NCBI RefSeq assembly: GCF_964020115.1
Contig: NZ_OZ026542.1
Span: 1,845,436-1,877,435, forward strand
Direction: 5' to 3'
DNA: 32,000 bases
Source: Candidatus Regiella endosymbiont of Tuberolachnus salignus
Lineage (GTDB): Bacteria > Pseudomonadota > Gammaproteobacteria > Enterobacterales > Enterobacteriaceae
The notes beneath the pieces were generated by a model that was not told the DNA's origin, searched no databases, and was given only the letters and a program-made list of their open reading frames with translations. The position numbers were made by a program, and so were the translations under genes. Positions within the stretch are counted from its first letter, which is position 1; every line of letters begins with the position of its first letter. Below, piece after piece: positions 18,646 to 26,520 of this stretch.

Positions 18646-18793
18646 AAAGCAAAATTGATAACTCAATTATGCGATTCTAGCAGAAAAAAAACAACTCGGC
18701 CAAAACATGACGCCAATAATAATAGCGGGTTTGAAACCTTCTTTATAACGAGCATAAGAAATTGCTAACCGGCTCTATAAATACCGATTAAAA

Positions 18794-18850
18794 TAAGAGC
18801 CTGTTCGAAATCTCTTATGCTTATTAAAGAAGATTTCGAATAGGCTCTGA
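18794..18850. mobile_element. MITE family C minimal derivative C6 (57 bp)
   Basis: taagagcctgttcgaaatctcttatgcttattaaagaagatttcgaataggctctga; essentially only the two termini remain. Confidence 0.7.
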
Positions 18851-18895
18851 GAGTAAAATAATAACCATTCAATCCTCGCTTCCATCAAGGTTTTT

Positions 18896-19552
18896 ATGTC
18901 TGAATGCAATGAATCTGGAATTGAAAATTTACGGCGTGAATATATAGGCGGCAAGCTATGCAGTAAGGATCTTCCCTCTGATCCGTTAGTCTTATTCACC
19001 GCCTGGTTCGAAGAAGCAAAGCAAGAAGAGAAGATCAAAGATCCCTCCGCGATCTGTGTTGCTACGGTCGATGGCTATGGCAGACCTTTTCAACGCACCG
19101 TTTTGCTTAAACATTATGATGAACAAGGTATGGTATTTTACGGCAATCTAAAGAGTCGTAAGGCGCTGCATTTAAAAGAAAATCCATATATCAGTTTATT
19201 ATTTCCATGGTATGCATTAGATCGACAAGTTACTTTTCTTGGCAAAGCTGAACCGCTGCCGCGTGATCAAGTAGAAAGTTATTTCGCCAGTCGGCCAAAG
19301 GATAGCCAAATTGCTGCTTTGGTTTCTCATCAATCTTGTACAATTGCTAGCCGCCAGGTATTGGAAGCGGAATTCAGTAAATGTCAGCAGCAATATCAAC
19401 AGAGCACAGTTCCGGTTCCAGATTATTGGGGAGGATTTTGTGTTTGTTTTGACTCGGTAGAATTTTGGCAAGGAAGAGCATCCCGTCTTCATGATCGTTT
19501 TCTCTATCAACGCAGTAAAGAGGGCTGGGAAAAGAGTCGATTAGCACCATGA
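18896..19552 (+). CDS. pdxH: pyridoxamine 5'-phosphate oxidase
   Basis: 218 aa, collinear with E. coli PdxH ([32 protein letters not shown]...[14 protein letters not shown]-stop). Confidence 0.95.
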   Translation: MSECNESGIENLRREYIGGKLCSKDLPSDPLVLFTAWFEEAKQEEKIKDPSAICVATVDGYGRPFQRTVLLKHYDEQGMVFYGNLKSRKALHLKENPYISLLFPWYALDRQVTFLGKAEPLPRDQVESYFASRPKDSQIAALVSHQSCTIASRQVLEAEFSKCQQQYQQSTVPVPDYWGGFCVCFDSVEFWQGRASRLHDRFLYQRSKEGWEKSRLAP

Positions 19553-19573
19553 TCAGAATTTTGGTACTGGACT

Positions 19574-19652
19574 TCTTAGAGCCTATTACAGACAGTGCAA
19601 ATAGTACGGCAAGCGATGACAACACAGAATCAAATTAAACTGATTTGGCTAT
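19574..19652. repeat. chimeric repeat: family C terminus fused to a family B half (B4)
   Basis: cttagagcctatt (C terminus) runs directly into acagacagtgcaaatagtacggcaagcgatgacaacacagaatcaaattaaactgatttggctata (right half of B). Confidence 0.65.
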
Positions 19653-19760
19653 ATATCTCATAGTAAAGCCTAGCAGAGATCACATTAACCTCGTGTTATA
19701 ATCACTCTACAGTGTCGTTAACGCGGCTTCTTTACACCTTACACTTTGAGCAGAAAATAA

Positions 19761-21122
19761 ATGTTTGACAATTTAACTGATCGATTATCGCGTACATTGC
19801 GTCATATCAGCGGTCGTGGGCGGCTAACAGAAGACAATATTAAAAACACGTTGCGTGAAATCCGCATAGCTTTGTTGGAAGCTGACGTAGCCCTGCCAGT
19901 TGTGAATGATTTTATCAACCTGATTAAAGAACGCGCAGTGGGGCGTGAAGTCAATAAAAGCCTTACTCCAGGGCAGGAATTGGTAAAAATAGTTAAGGAT
20001 GAATTGACCTCCGCGATGGGGAAGGTCAATAGCGAGTTAAATTTAGCGACTCAGCCCCCCGCAGTGATATTAATGGCGGGTTTGCAGGGAGTGGGTAAAA
20101 CCACCAGTGTTGCTAAACTCGGCAAATTTCTTAAAGAAAAACAGAAGAAAAAAGTGTTAGTAGTATCAGCTGATGTTTATCGCCCAGCGGCGATAAAACA
20201 GTTAGAAACCTTAGCACAGGGTGTTGGCATCGATTTTTTCGCCTCAAATTTACACCAAAAACCAATTGATATCGTTAATCTGGCTCTTGAGACAGCAAAA
20301 CTTAAATTTTATGATGTTCTCATCGTCGATACGGCAGGTCGTCTACATGTTGATGAAACCATGATGGACGAAATTAAACAATTACATTCTGCCATTAATC
20401 CAGTAGAAACCTTATTTGTCGTTGATGCGATGACAGGACAGGATGCTGCGAATATCGCCAAAAGCTTTAACGACGCGCTGCCACTCACGGGGGTAATATT
20501 AACTAAAGTTGATGGCGATGCGCGAGGGGGGGCAGCTTTATCTATCCGCCACATCACTGGAAAGCCAATAAAATTTCTTGGCATGGGTGAAAAAAGTGAA
20601 GCATTGGAAGCCTTCCATCCTGATCGAATAGCCTCGCGCATTCTTGGCATGGGCGATGTATTGTCATTAATTGAACACATTGAAGACAAAGTCGATCGAA
20701 CACAAGCTGAAAAAATGGCAGTTAAGCTGAAGAAAGGTCGTGGATTTGATCTGACCGATTTTCTTGAGCAGCTCAAGCAGATGGAAAAGATGGGCGGTAT
20801 GACCAGTCTGCTAAATAAAATACCCGGTGCTAACGCCTTGCCCAGTAATATAAAAGTACCCATAGATGACAAAATGACGCAAGGCATGAAGGCGATGATT
20901 AATTCCATGACCCATAAAGAGCGCACTAAACCTGAAATTATTAAGGGCTCTCGCAAACGGCGTATCGCCAGTGGCTCAGGTATGCAAGTTCAGGATGTTA
21001 ATCGCTTGTTGAAACAGTTTGATGATATGCAACGTATGATGAAAAAGATGCAGAAAGGCGGGCTGGCAAAAATGATGCGGGGAATGAAAGGTATGATACC
21101 ACCAGGTTTTCCCGGTCGTTAA
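19761..21122 (+). CDS. ffh: signal recognition particle protein Ffh
   Basis: 453 aa, the same length as E. coli Ffh. MFDNLTDRLSRTLR, GLQGVGKTT, DTAGRL, TKVDGDARGG, and a Met-rich M domain. Confidence 0.97.
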   Translation: MFDNLTDRLSRTLRHISGRGRLTEDNIKNTLREIRIALLEADVALPVVNDFINLIKERAVGREVNKSLTPGQELVKIVKDELTSAMGKVNSELNLATQPPAVILMAGLQGVGKTTSVAKLGKFLKEKQKKKVLVVSADVYRPAAIKQLETLAQGVGIDFFASNLHQKPIDIVNLALETAKLKFYDVLIVDTAGRLHVDETMMDEIKQLHSAINPVETLFVVDAMTGQDAANIAKSFNDALPLTGVILTKVDGDARGGAALSIRHITGKPIKFLGMGEKSEALEAFHPDRIASRILGMGDVLSLIEHIEDKVDRTQAEKMAVKLKKGRGFDLTDFLEQLKQMEKMGGMTSLLNKIPGANALPSNIKVPIDDKMTQGMKAMINSMTHKERTKPEIIKGSRKRRIASGSGMQVQDVNRLLKQFDDMQRMMKKMQKGGLAKMMRGMKGMIPPGFPGR

Positions 21123-21128
21123 CTCAGT

Positions 21129-21338
21129 CTAAGAGACTATACCCAATGAATTTCGAGTTACGGCAAGGCGGCAATCAATCGAATCCCAGGAGTGTACAAA
21201 TAGTACATGACGGGGATGAGAGCCAGCAGCCAACAACGCGGCGGCTTCAAAGGCGAGGGGTATACAAAAGTAAATGCGCATTTTGAGCGCGTTTTTGATG
21301 AAATATCAACGAGCACAAGAGATTTTGAATAGGCTCTA
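21129..21338. mobile_element. composite: MITE family C copy C7 with its left part replaced by E2
   Basis: ctaagagac[E2]caaaagtaaatgcgcattttgagcgcgtttttgatgaaatatcaacgagcacaagagattttgaataggctctaa. Confidence 0.7.
21138..21262. mobile_element. ERIC-like MITE family E copy E2
   Basis: tatacccaatgaatttcgagttacggcaaggcggcaatcaatcgaatcccaggagtgtacaaatagtacatgacggggatgag...cttcaaaggcgaggggtata. Confidence 0.85.
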
Positions 21339-21483
21339 AAATAAATTGAGTTCAAGAAAATACCGCTTTAGATTGCTTTTTGCACCGAAGTCAGTAGAAT
21401 TTTGAAACTTTTTACGTGTAGCAGGTTCCGTCTCCACGCGAGATCTGATTGTTTTGTTAATTTGTTAATTGAAAGAGGATGTT

Positions 21484-21732
21484 ATGGTAACCATTCGTTT
21501 GGCTCGGGGCGGCGCTAAAAAGCGGCCATTCTACCAAGTAGTCGTCACTGACAGTCGTAATGCTCGTGATGGTCGTTTTATCGAACGTGTCGGTTTTTTC
21601 AATCCGATAGCATCGGGTAAGGCTGATGTTTTACGTTTAGATTTGGAGCGTATCAAATATTGGTTCGAACAAGGTGCTAGCGCCTCTGAACGTGTAGTGA
21701 CACTGATCAAAAATTTTGAAAAAGCCGCTTGA
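21484..21732 (+). CDS. rpsP: 30S ribosomal protein S16
   Basis: ATG 21484 follows [28 protein letters not shown]... is 82 aa, as in E. coli. Confidence 0.97.
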   Translation: MVTIRLARGGAKKRPFYQVVVTDSRNARDGRFIERVGFFNPIASGKADVLRLDLERIKYWFEQGASASERVVTLIKNFEKAA

Positions 21733-21757
21733 TAAATCATCTTCAGCTCAAGTAATA

Positions 21758-22309
21758 ATGATGAAAAGAACACCGGATTTTGTTGTTCCCACTCAGAAAA
21801 TTGTGGTGGGAAAAATGGGCTCGACTTATGGTGTTCGGGGGTGGCTAAGGCTGTTTTCGTCTACCGAAATCGCGAGTAATATCTTTGACTATCAACCCTG
21901 GTTTATACAGCATGCCGGACGGTGGCAATCTATTGAACTAGAAGGATGGAAGCACCACAACCACGATCTGATCATAAAAATCAAAAGCGTCGATGATCAG
22001 GGGGCGGCAAGTCAGCTAACTAATTGTGAAATTGTGGTTGACTCGACACAATTACCGGTGTTGAGCACGAATGATTACTATTGGAAGGATCTAATCGGTT
22101 GCCAGGTAATCACAACGAGTGGTTATCAATTGGGTAAAATCATTGATATGATGGAAACTGGCTCTAACAACGTAATGGTTGTAAAGGCAGACCTAAAAGA
22201 TGCGTTTGGTATTAAGGAACGTTTGATCCCCTATCTCGATAAGCAAGTTGTAAAGCGAGTTAATGTTGACGATAAACGGGTTGAAGTGGATTGGGAGCCT
22301 AATTTTTGA
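21758..22309 (+). CDS. rimM: 16S rRNA processing protein RimM
   Basis: From ATG 21758 (183 aa), [21 protein letters not shown]...[13 protein letters not shown]...VDWEPNF-stop matches E. coli RimM (182 aa). Confidence 0.9.
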   Translation: MMKRTPDFVVPTQKIVVGKMGSTYGVRGWLRLFSSTEIASNIFDYQPWFIQHAGRWQSIELEGWKHHNHDLIIKIKSVDDQGAASQLTNCEIVVDSTQLPVLSTNDYYWKDLIGCQVITTSGYQLGKIIDMMETGSNNVMVVKADLKDAFGIKERLIPYLDKQVVKRVNVDDKRVEVDWEPNF

Positions 22310-23121
22310 ACTCGAGATTACTTCACGATGGTGCGTCGAAAAAAATTGAGCTAAACACGACTAAAACAAATGACCCGATCGAGATCGGGGTTGTTAGCCT
22401 GTTTCCTGAAATGTTTCGCGCCATAACCGATTATGGTGTCACGGGGCGAGCCGTAAAAAATGACCTGCTCAAGATAACATGTTGGGATCCACGTAAATTC
22501 ACTATTGATCGGCATCATACCGTAGATGACCGTCCTTATGGCGGTGGACCCGGAATGTTGATGATGGTGCAACCTTTATGCGAAGCAATTCATGCAGCAA
22601 AAAAAGCGCTGGGTGGTGTAGTAGAAAAAGTTATCTATTTATCCCCCCAAGGACGTAAGCTTGACCAACAAGGTGTTCGTGAATTGGCAACGCATAAGAA
22701 AATTATTCTAGTGTGTGGTCGCTATGAAGGCATCGATGAACGTGTGATTGATACGGAAATTACCGAAGAATGGTCAATTGGTGATTACGTTCTCAGCGGT
22801 GGTGAGTTACCTGCAATGGTTTTACTTGATGCTATCTCCCGTTTTATACCGGGTGTTTTAGGTCATCAGGCCTCAGCTGAGGAGGATTCATTTGTTGATG
22901 GGCTGTTGGACTGCCCGCATTATACCCGTCCTGAAAGGTTAGAGGGGCTGGAAGTACCTGCGGTATTACTGTCAGGCAATCATGCTGAGATCCAGCGCTG
23001 GCGCTTAAGGCAGTCTCTGGGACGTACTTGGCTTAGAAGACCTGAACTTCTGGAAAACCTAGCTCTGACTGACGAGCAAAAATTGTTGCTAGCTGAGTTC
23101 CAACAGGAACACACAGTTTGA
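22306..23121 (+). CDS. trmD: tRNA (guanine37-N1)-methyltransferase, apparent TTG start
   Basis: The core [24 protein letters not shown]...GGGPGMLMM...[14 protein letters not shown] matches E. coli TrmD. There is no in-frame ATG or GTG upstream of the conserved core. TTG 22306 overlaps the rimM stop (TTGA) and has GGGAG 8 nt upstream. Confidence 0.85.
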   Translation: MNSRLLHDGASKKIELNTTKTNDPIEIGVVSLFPEMFRAITDYGVTGRAVKNDLLKITCWDPRKFTIDRHHTVDDRPYGGGPGMLMMVQPLCEAIHAAKKALGGVVEKVIYLSPQGRKLDQQGVRELATHKKIILVCGRYEGIDERVIDTEITEEWSIGDYVLSGGELPAMVLLDAISRFIPGVLGHQASAEEDSFVDGLLDCPHYTRPERLEGLEVPAVLLSGNHAEIQRWRLRQSLGRTWLRRPELLENLALTDEQKLLLAEFQQEHTV

Positions 23122-23168
23122 GTAACACAGTACCATGCAAAAGCGATGAGAGGAATGTTGTGCATCTT

Positions 23169-23282
23169 TCTAACCCTCAGTCTTTTAAGTTGCCGCTAGG
23201 CGGCCAAAGGTGAGGCCGATGATACATGATTCGGCGAGCACCCGCAGCCAACAACGCGGCGGCCTCAAGGGTGAAGAGGATA
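23169..23282. mobile_element. ERIC-like MITE family A copy A6 (diverged), between trmD and rplS
   Basis: tctaaccctcagtcttttaagttgccgctaggcggcc...cgcagccaacaacgcggcggcctcaagggtgaagaggata. Confidence 0.75.
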
Positions 23283-23333
23283 TGCCAACTAGCCCTTAAT
23301 TTATATCAGTTTATCTAGGATAAGAGATTGGTT

Positions 23334-23681
23334 ATGAGCAATATCATTAAGCAACTTGAACAAGAACAAATGAAACCAGATGTCACCAAATTCAGACCTG
23401 GTGATTCCATAGAAGTAAAAGTATGGGTGGTTGAAGGGGCAAAAAAACGTCTTCAGGCCTTTGAAGGGGTCGTTATTGCGGTGCGTAATCGCGGTCTACA
23501 CTCTGCATTTACTGTACGTAAGATTTCTAACGGCGAAGGCATTGAACGTGTATTCCAAACACACTCTCCTATCATTGACAGCATTACTGTTAAACGACGC
23601 GGAGATGTTCGTAAAGCCAAATTATATTATCTACGTGAGCGCACAGGTAAAGCAGCTCGTATCAAAGAACGTCTCAAGTAA
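23334..23681 (+). CDS. rplS: 50S ribosomal protein L19
   Basis: ATG 23334; [14 protein letters not shown]...AARIKERLK is 115 aa and near-identical to E. coli L19. Confidence 0.97.
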   Translation: MSNIIKQLEQEQMKPDVTKFRPGDSIEVKVWVVEGAKKRLQAFEGVVIAVRNRGLHSAFTVRKISNGEGIERVFQTHSPIIDSITVKRRGDVRKAKLYYLRERTGKAARIKERLK

Positions 23682-23721
23682 GAGATAAGCAGCTTCACAT
23701 TTTTTACTTGTGTAGCCGCCA

Positions 23722-24020
23722 TTAAGAGCCTATTCAAAATCTTCTTAAGCGACACTCAATTGATAAAAAAACGGGCGAAAAAGCGCAGTTGCCTTTTGTT
23801 ACAAAAACAAGAAGGTAAATGAACATTTTGAGCCCGTTTTTGACAAAAGACTTTCTTGCAAAACCGTAGCGAGGGGTGTGAAGTCAAGGCACAGGGTACG
23901 CAGCAACCGCAGTGTACATATGCTAGTACATGAGGATTGCGAGCACCGCGCAACGCAGAATTCACACCACGCAGTAGGTTATGCAAGCAGTCTAAAGTAT
24001 CAGCGAGCATAAGAAATTTC
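23722..24020. mobile_element. MITE family C copy C8 carrying nested D1
   Basis: ttaagagcctattcaaaatcttcttaagcgacactcaattgat...gagcccgtttttgacaaa[D1]aaagtatcagcgagcataagaaatttc. The right terminus is truncated at the tusD stop. Confidence 0.75.
23848..23993. mobile_element. MITE family D copy D1, nested in C8
   Basis: Termini agactttcttgcaaaaccgtagcg ... cgcagtaggttatgcaagcagtct are inverted repeats. Flanked by AAA/AAA where intact C copies read gacGAAgtatcag. Confidence 0.7.
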
Positions 24021-24419
24021 TTAAAACTGGATAATGCGATCACAGGTGAATAACGCCTCGGCTAATGCTCCCAGCCCACCTAGCGTAAACCCGGGCTGTA
24101 GATTGATAGCGACAGTATGATCTTCAGTCTGATTCTTATCACAAACACCCCGCCGTTGAGCAGCTGAAATACACACATTTAGCTGCACTTTATTGTCTTT
24201 GGCTAACTGTGACCAGGCTCTGACCAAATCAAACTCATCATTGGCCGGGGCGGTCAATCGATTAGCATTTAAAACACCTTCACGATAGAAAAAAATATTG
24301 CTTAGCCGATGTCTTGCCTCCAACAGAGCCAAAGCAAATTGATAAGCGCTGCTTGCCTGCTGAGTGCCATAAGCTGAGCCGGTAACCAGCAAACAATAAC
24401 TTAAACTTAAAGGCTCCAT
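24021..24419 (-). CDS. tusD: sulfurtransferase TusD (DsrE family)
   Basis: From ATG 24419 (AGAGG upstream), [20 protein letters not shown]...[11 protein letters not shown]...DEFDLVRAW...[20 protein letters not shown]-stop is collinear with E. coli TusD. Confidence 0.85.
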   Translation of the reverse strand: MEPLSLSYCLLVTGSAYGTQQASSAYQFALALLEARHRLSNIFFYREGVLNANRLTAPANDEFDLVRAWSQLAKDNKVQLNVCISAAQRRGVCDKNQTEDHTVAINLQPGFTLGGLGALAEALFTCDRIIQF

Positions 24420-24534
24420 ATTAAACCTCTGCAAAATCTATGCTCGACGCGAATATTTATTTATATATCCACAGTCCTTCAAGTCGCAGCGCGGCGGTCA
24501 GGGTGTTAGGGGCTGATGAGCATAGACAAACTAC

Positions 24535-24660
24535 TATACCCTTCGCCTTTGAAGCAGCCGCGTTGTTGGCTGCGAGCCCTCGCCCGAATCATGTAGTAGG
24601 TCTACACTCATCGGGTCTCACGCCCTGGCCGCCTAGCGGCAACTTCAAAGACAAAGGATA
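24535..24660. mobile_element. ERIC-like MITE family A copy A7b (nested)
   Basis: tatacccttcgcctttgaagcagccgcgttgttggctgcgag...ctagcggcaacttcaaagacaaaggata. Confidence 0.85.
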
Positions 24661-24661
24661 C

Positions 24662-24766
24662 ATAGCCGAATCAGTTTAATTTGATTCTATGTTGTCGTCG
24701 CTTGCCGTACTATTTGTACTGTCTGCGCTCCTCCGCCTTGAATCAAATTAAACTGATTCGGCTATA
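24662..24766. mobile_element. MITE family B copy B7 (nested)
   Basis: atagccgaatcagtttaatttgattc...ccgtactatttgtactgtctgcgctcctccgccttgaatcaaattaaactgattcggctata. Confidence 0.85.
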
Positions 24767-24841
24767 TGTGATTCAGACGAGCACCCGCAGCCAACAAAGC
24801 TGCAAACTTCCAAAGGCGAAGAGGATAGACTTGTTGCACGG

Positions 24842-24888
24842 CACAGCCCAATCATTTTATTGAATCAAATTAAAATGATTGGGCTATA
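24842..24888. mobile_element. MITE family B minimal derivative B8 (47 bp)
   Basis: cacagcccaatcattttattgaatcaaattaaaatgattgggctata; only the paired termini remain. Confidence 0.6.
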
Positions 24889-24910
24889 TCCGCGGTCTTT
24901 ACACAGTTAA

Positions 24911-25732
24911 TTATTTAGGTGCTGGCGTATCGGTAGTGGAAGGCGCTTTTTCTGTTGATACGGGTTTTGATTTCACGTCCAGCAGCTCCACTTCAAATTT
25001 CAGCGTGGAATTGCCAGGGATATTATTTTGGACGCCCTCTTTACCATAGGCCAAATCAGGGGGGATGACTAAGGTAATCTTACCGCCTTTTTTCAGCAGT
25101 TTCATACCCTCTTGCCAACCTGGAATAACACCATTAAGAGGGAAAGAGGTCGGTTCAGAACGCTTATAAGAGTTATCAAATTCAGTGCCATCAATCAGAT
25201 TTCCTTTGTAGTGAACTGTCACAGTATCCGTATCTTTTGGAGCCTGACCTGTCCCTGGTTTTTCTATGTGATAGAGTAAACCAGATGCTGTTTTTTTCAC
25301 GCCTTTTTCTTTAGCGAATTTTTCACGGTATTTCTTACCGGCCGCCTCGTTATCTTCCGCCTCTTTCACCTCTTTTTCCATTCTTACCTTAGTCTTGTCT
25401 GTTACCTGTGCTTCAAATGCCTTTAAAATAGTGTTTATTTCTTCGTTACTGAGTTTTTTTCTATCGTTTAACGCTTCCTGAACTCCGGTTACAAATCGCT
25501 CTTTATCTAATTCTATGCCCAATTTTTTTTGTTCTTGAAAAGAATTTGCCATGTAGACTCCCAAAGAAGCCCCTAAAGCATAGGAAGTTTTTTCACCTTC
25601 AGTTTTGAAGTTATTGTCAGTTTTTGTTGTTACAGATTTATCTGCGGTTTCTGCAATGGCGAATGCTTGAGAGGTGTTTAGGGTTAGCGTGATGGTCATC
25701 GCCAACAGGGTAAATTTAAACCGTGATTTCAT
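24911..25732 (-). CDS. fkpA: periplasmic FKBP-type peptidyl-prolyl isomerase FkpA
   Basis: Signal peptide, then KTSYALGASLG..., YREKFAKEKGVK, and FKBP domain VTVHYKGNLIDGTEFDNSY...GVIPGW..LVIPP.LAYG. Collinear with E. coli FkpA. Confidence 0.93.
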   Translation of the reverse strand: MKSRFKFTLLAMTITLTLNTSQAFAIAETADKSVTTKTDNNFKTEGEKTSYALGASLGVYMANSFQEQKKLGIELDKERFVTGVQEALNDRKKLSNEEINTILKAFEAQVTDKTKVRMEKEVKEAEDNEAAGKKYREKFAKEKGVKKTASGLLYHIEKPGTGQAPKDTDTVTVHYKGNLIDGTEFDNSYKRSEPTSFPLNGVIPGWQEGMKLLKKGGKITLVIPPDLAYGKEGVQNNIPGNSTLKFEVELLDVKSKPVSTEKAPSTTDTPAPK

Positions 25733-25772
25733 TTATTTCTCCAATAGATTAATTCTTTCTTCAGCAACAGTT

Positions 25773-25911
25773 TTAAGAGCCTATTCGAAATCCCTTGTGC
25801 TCGCTGATACTTTACGAAAATAGGGCTTAAATACTCGTTTACTTCGTGTAAACTGTGCTTTTGTTCATCTTTCCCTGAGCTCAGCTTAAAAAAATTTCGA
25901 ATAGACGCTAA
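25773..25911. mobile_element. MITE family C copy C9, in the divergent fkpA/slyX promoter region
   Basis: ttaagagcctattcgaaatcccttgtgctcgctgatactttacg...cttaaaaaaatttcgaatagacgctaa. Confidence 0.8.
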
Positions 25912-25987
25912 CAGATATAACACCACTTCAGGTTAAAATAATAGCGATCAATTATGCGTAATGATTCTCCACCGGCAGGAAAATATC

Positions 25988-26200
25988 ATGAAACCTTTGT
26001 CATTTGAAGAGCGGCTAGAAAAACTGGAAAGCCAGATAGCTTTTCAGGATAAAAGCATTGAAGAATTGGAACTCATTGTGACGGAAAACCGCAATACAAT
26101 CGATAAATTACAAAAGCAACTGCATTTACTCGGTGAAAGATTGCCAGAAACATCAATTCTAGCAGCTGTTTCAGAAGAAGCGCCACCACCCCATTATTAG
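25988..26200 (+). CDS. slyX: protein SlyX
   Basis: From ATG 25988 (70 aa), ERLEKLESQIAFQDKSIEELE...APPPHY-stop matches E. coli SlyX ([21 protein letters not shown]...TPPPHY). It is divergent from fkpA, as in E. coli. Confidence 0.85.
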   Translation: MKPLSFEERLEKLESQIAFQDKSIEELELIVTENRNTIDKLQKQLHLLGERLPETSILAAVSEEAPPPHY

Positions 26201-26261
26201 ACTTCTGTATAACCTACTGCGTGGTGTGAATTTCTGCGTTACCGGTGCTCGCAATAGGCTC
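26199..26261. repeat. MITE family D half copy D2
   Basis: agacttctgtataacctactgcgtggtgtgaatttctgcgttaccggtgctcgcaat matches the reverse complement of the right half of D1. It overlaps the slyX stop codon. Confidence 0.65.
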
Positions 26262-26491
26262 TATACCCAATGAATTTCGAGTTACGGCAAGGCGGTATCC
26301 CAGGAGTGTACAGGTAGTACATGACAGGGATAAATGATCGCTGCCAACGCCGCTGTATAGCCGAATCAGTCTAATTTGATTCAAGGCGGAGGCGCACAAA
26401 CAGTACAAATAGTACAAATAGTACGGTAAGCGACGACAACGCAGAATCAAATTAGACTGATTCGGCTATAACTTGAAAGGCAAAGGGTATA
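26262..26491. mobile_element. ERIC-like MITE family E copy E3 (internally deleted) carrying nested B5
   Basis: tatacccaatgaatttcgagttacggcaaggcgg-tatcccaggagtgtacaggtagtacatgacaggg...gccaacgccgctg-TA[B5]TA-acttgaaaggcaaagggtata. Confidence 0.85.
26356..26470. mobile_element. MITE family B copy B5 nested in E3, flanked by duplicated TA
   Basis: TA-tagccgaatcagtctaatttgattcaagg...cagtacaaatagtacaaatagtacgg...gaatcaaattagactgattcggcta-TA. It contains a 9-bp tandem duplication (acaaatagt) absent from other copies. Confidence 0.9.
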
Positions 26492-26520
26492 ACACCGCTA
26501 CACAATATCCATTCATCATC

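Larger units (their letters stand above)
24464..24827. mobile_element. ERIC-like MITE family A copy A7a, split by nested A7b and B7
   Basis: The left part tatatccacagtccttcaagtcgcagcgcggcggtcagggtg...catagacaaactac and the right part gtgattcagacgagcacccgcagccaacaaagctgcaaacttccaaaggcgaagaggata together align with a single copy such as A4. Confidence 0.7.

Noticed and set aside
17725-19010. tRNA-like ggttcgaa / gttcgaac strings (for example 17728-17735, 19004-19011).
   Set aside because: They lie in MITE C termini or inside pdxH, and no cloverleaf can be built around them. I found no tRNA or rRNA gene in the window.
20309-20956. Long antisense ORFs inside conserved genes (215 aa antisense to ffh, 119 aa antisense to aspC, 96 aa antisense to rho, and others in accC and panF).
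   Set aside because: The sense strands encode near-identical homologues of E. coli proteins, and the antisense ORFs have no recognisable features.
24681-24770. A possible conserved Cys/Tyr-rich micro-peptide encoded by family B (MILCCRRLPYYLYCL.SSALNQI.LIRLY), seen in B1, B5 and B7. The 9-bp duplication in B5 even keeps the frame.
   Set aside because: Copies B3 and B6 carry a 1-nt length difference (ttaagtgttg versus tctatgttg) that shifts the frame and introduces a stop. The start would be TTG without an SD, and the ORF runs out of the element. It looks like a by-product of the palindromic sequence.
24440-24863. ORFs of 60-145 aa lying in repeats (24440..24679, 24681..24863, 26214..26450, 26452..26685, 7099..7329, 7117..7320, 10782..11018, 10828..11265, 15570..15776, 21158..21355, 23756..24043, 29294..29491, 29873..30109).
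   Set aside because: They consist almost entirely of MITE sequence, which is intrinsically poor in stops. They lack SD and ATG context, and their ends depend on whatever flanks each copy.
24440-26491. CRISPR-like appearance of closely spaced repeats (24464-24888 and 26199-26491).
   Set aside because: The repeats belong to different families, are 45-125 bp long palindromes nested in each other, and lack uniform repeat-spacer periodicity. There are no cas genes.
26473-26520. N-terminal extensions of engB (26473), the first LuxR gene (6..47) and the glycosyltransferase-like gene (30622..30795).
   Set aside because: All begin inside or at the edge of ERIC-like repeat termini (ttgaaaggcaaagggtata and similar) and have no counterpart in homologues. 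Better starts with SD sequences exist downstream.
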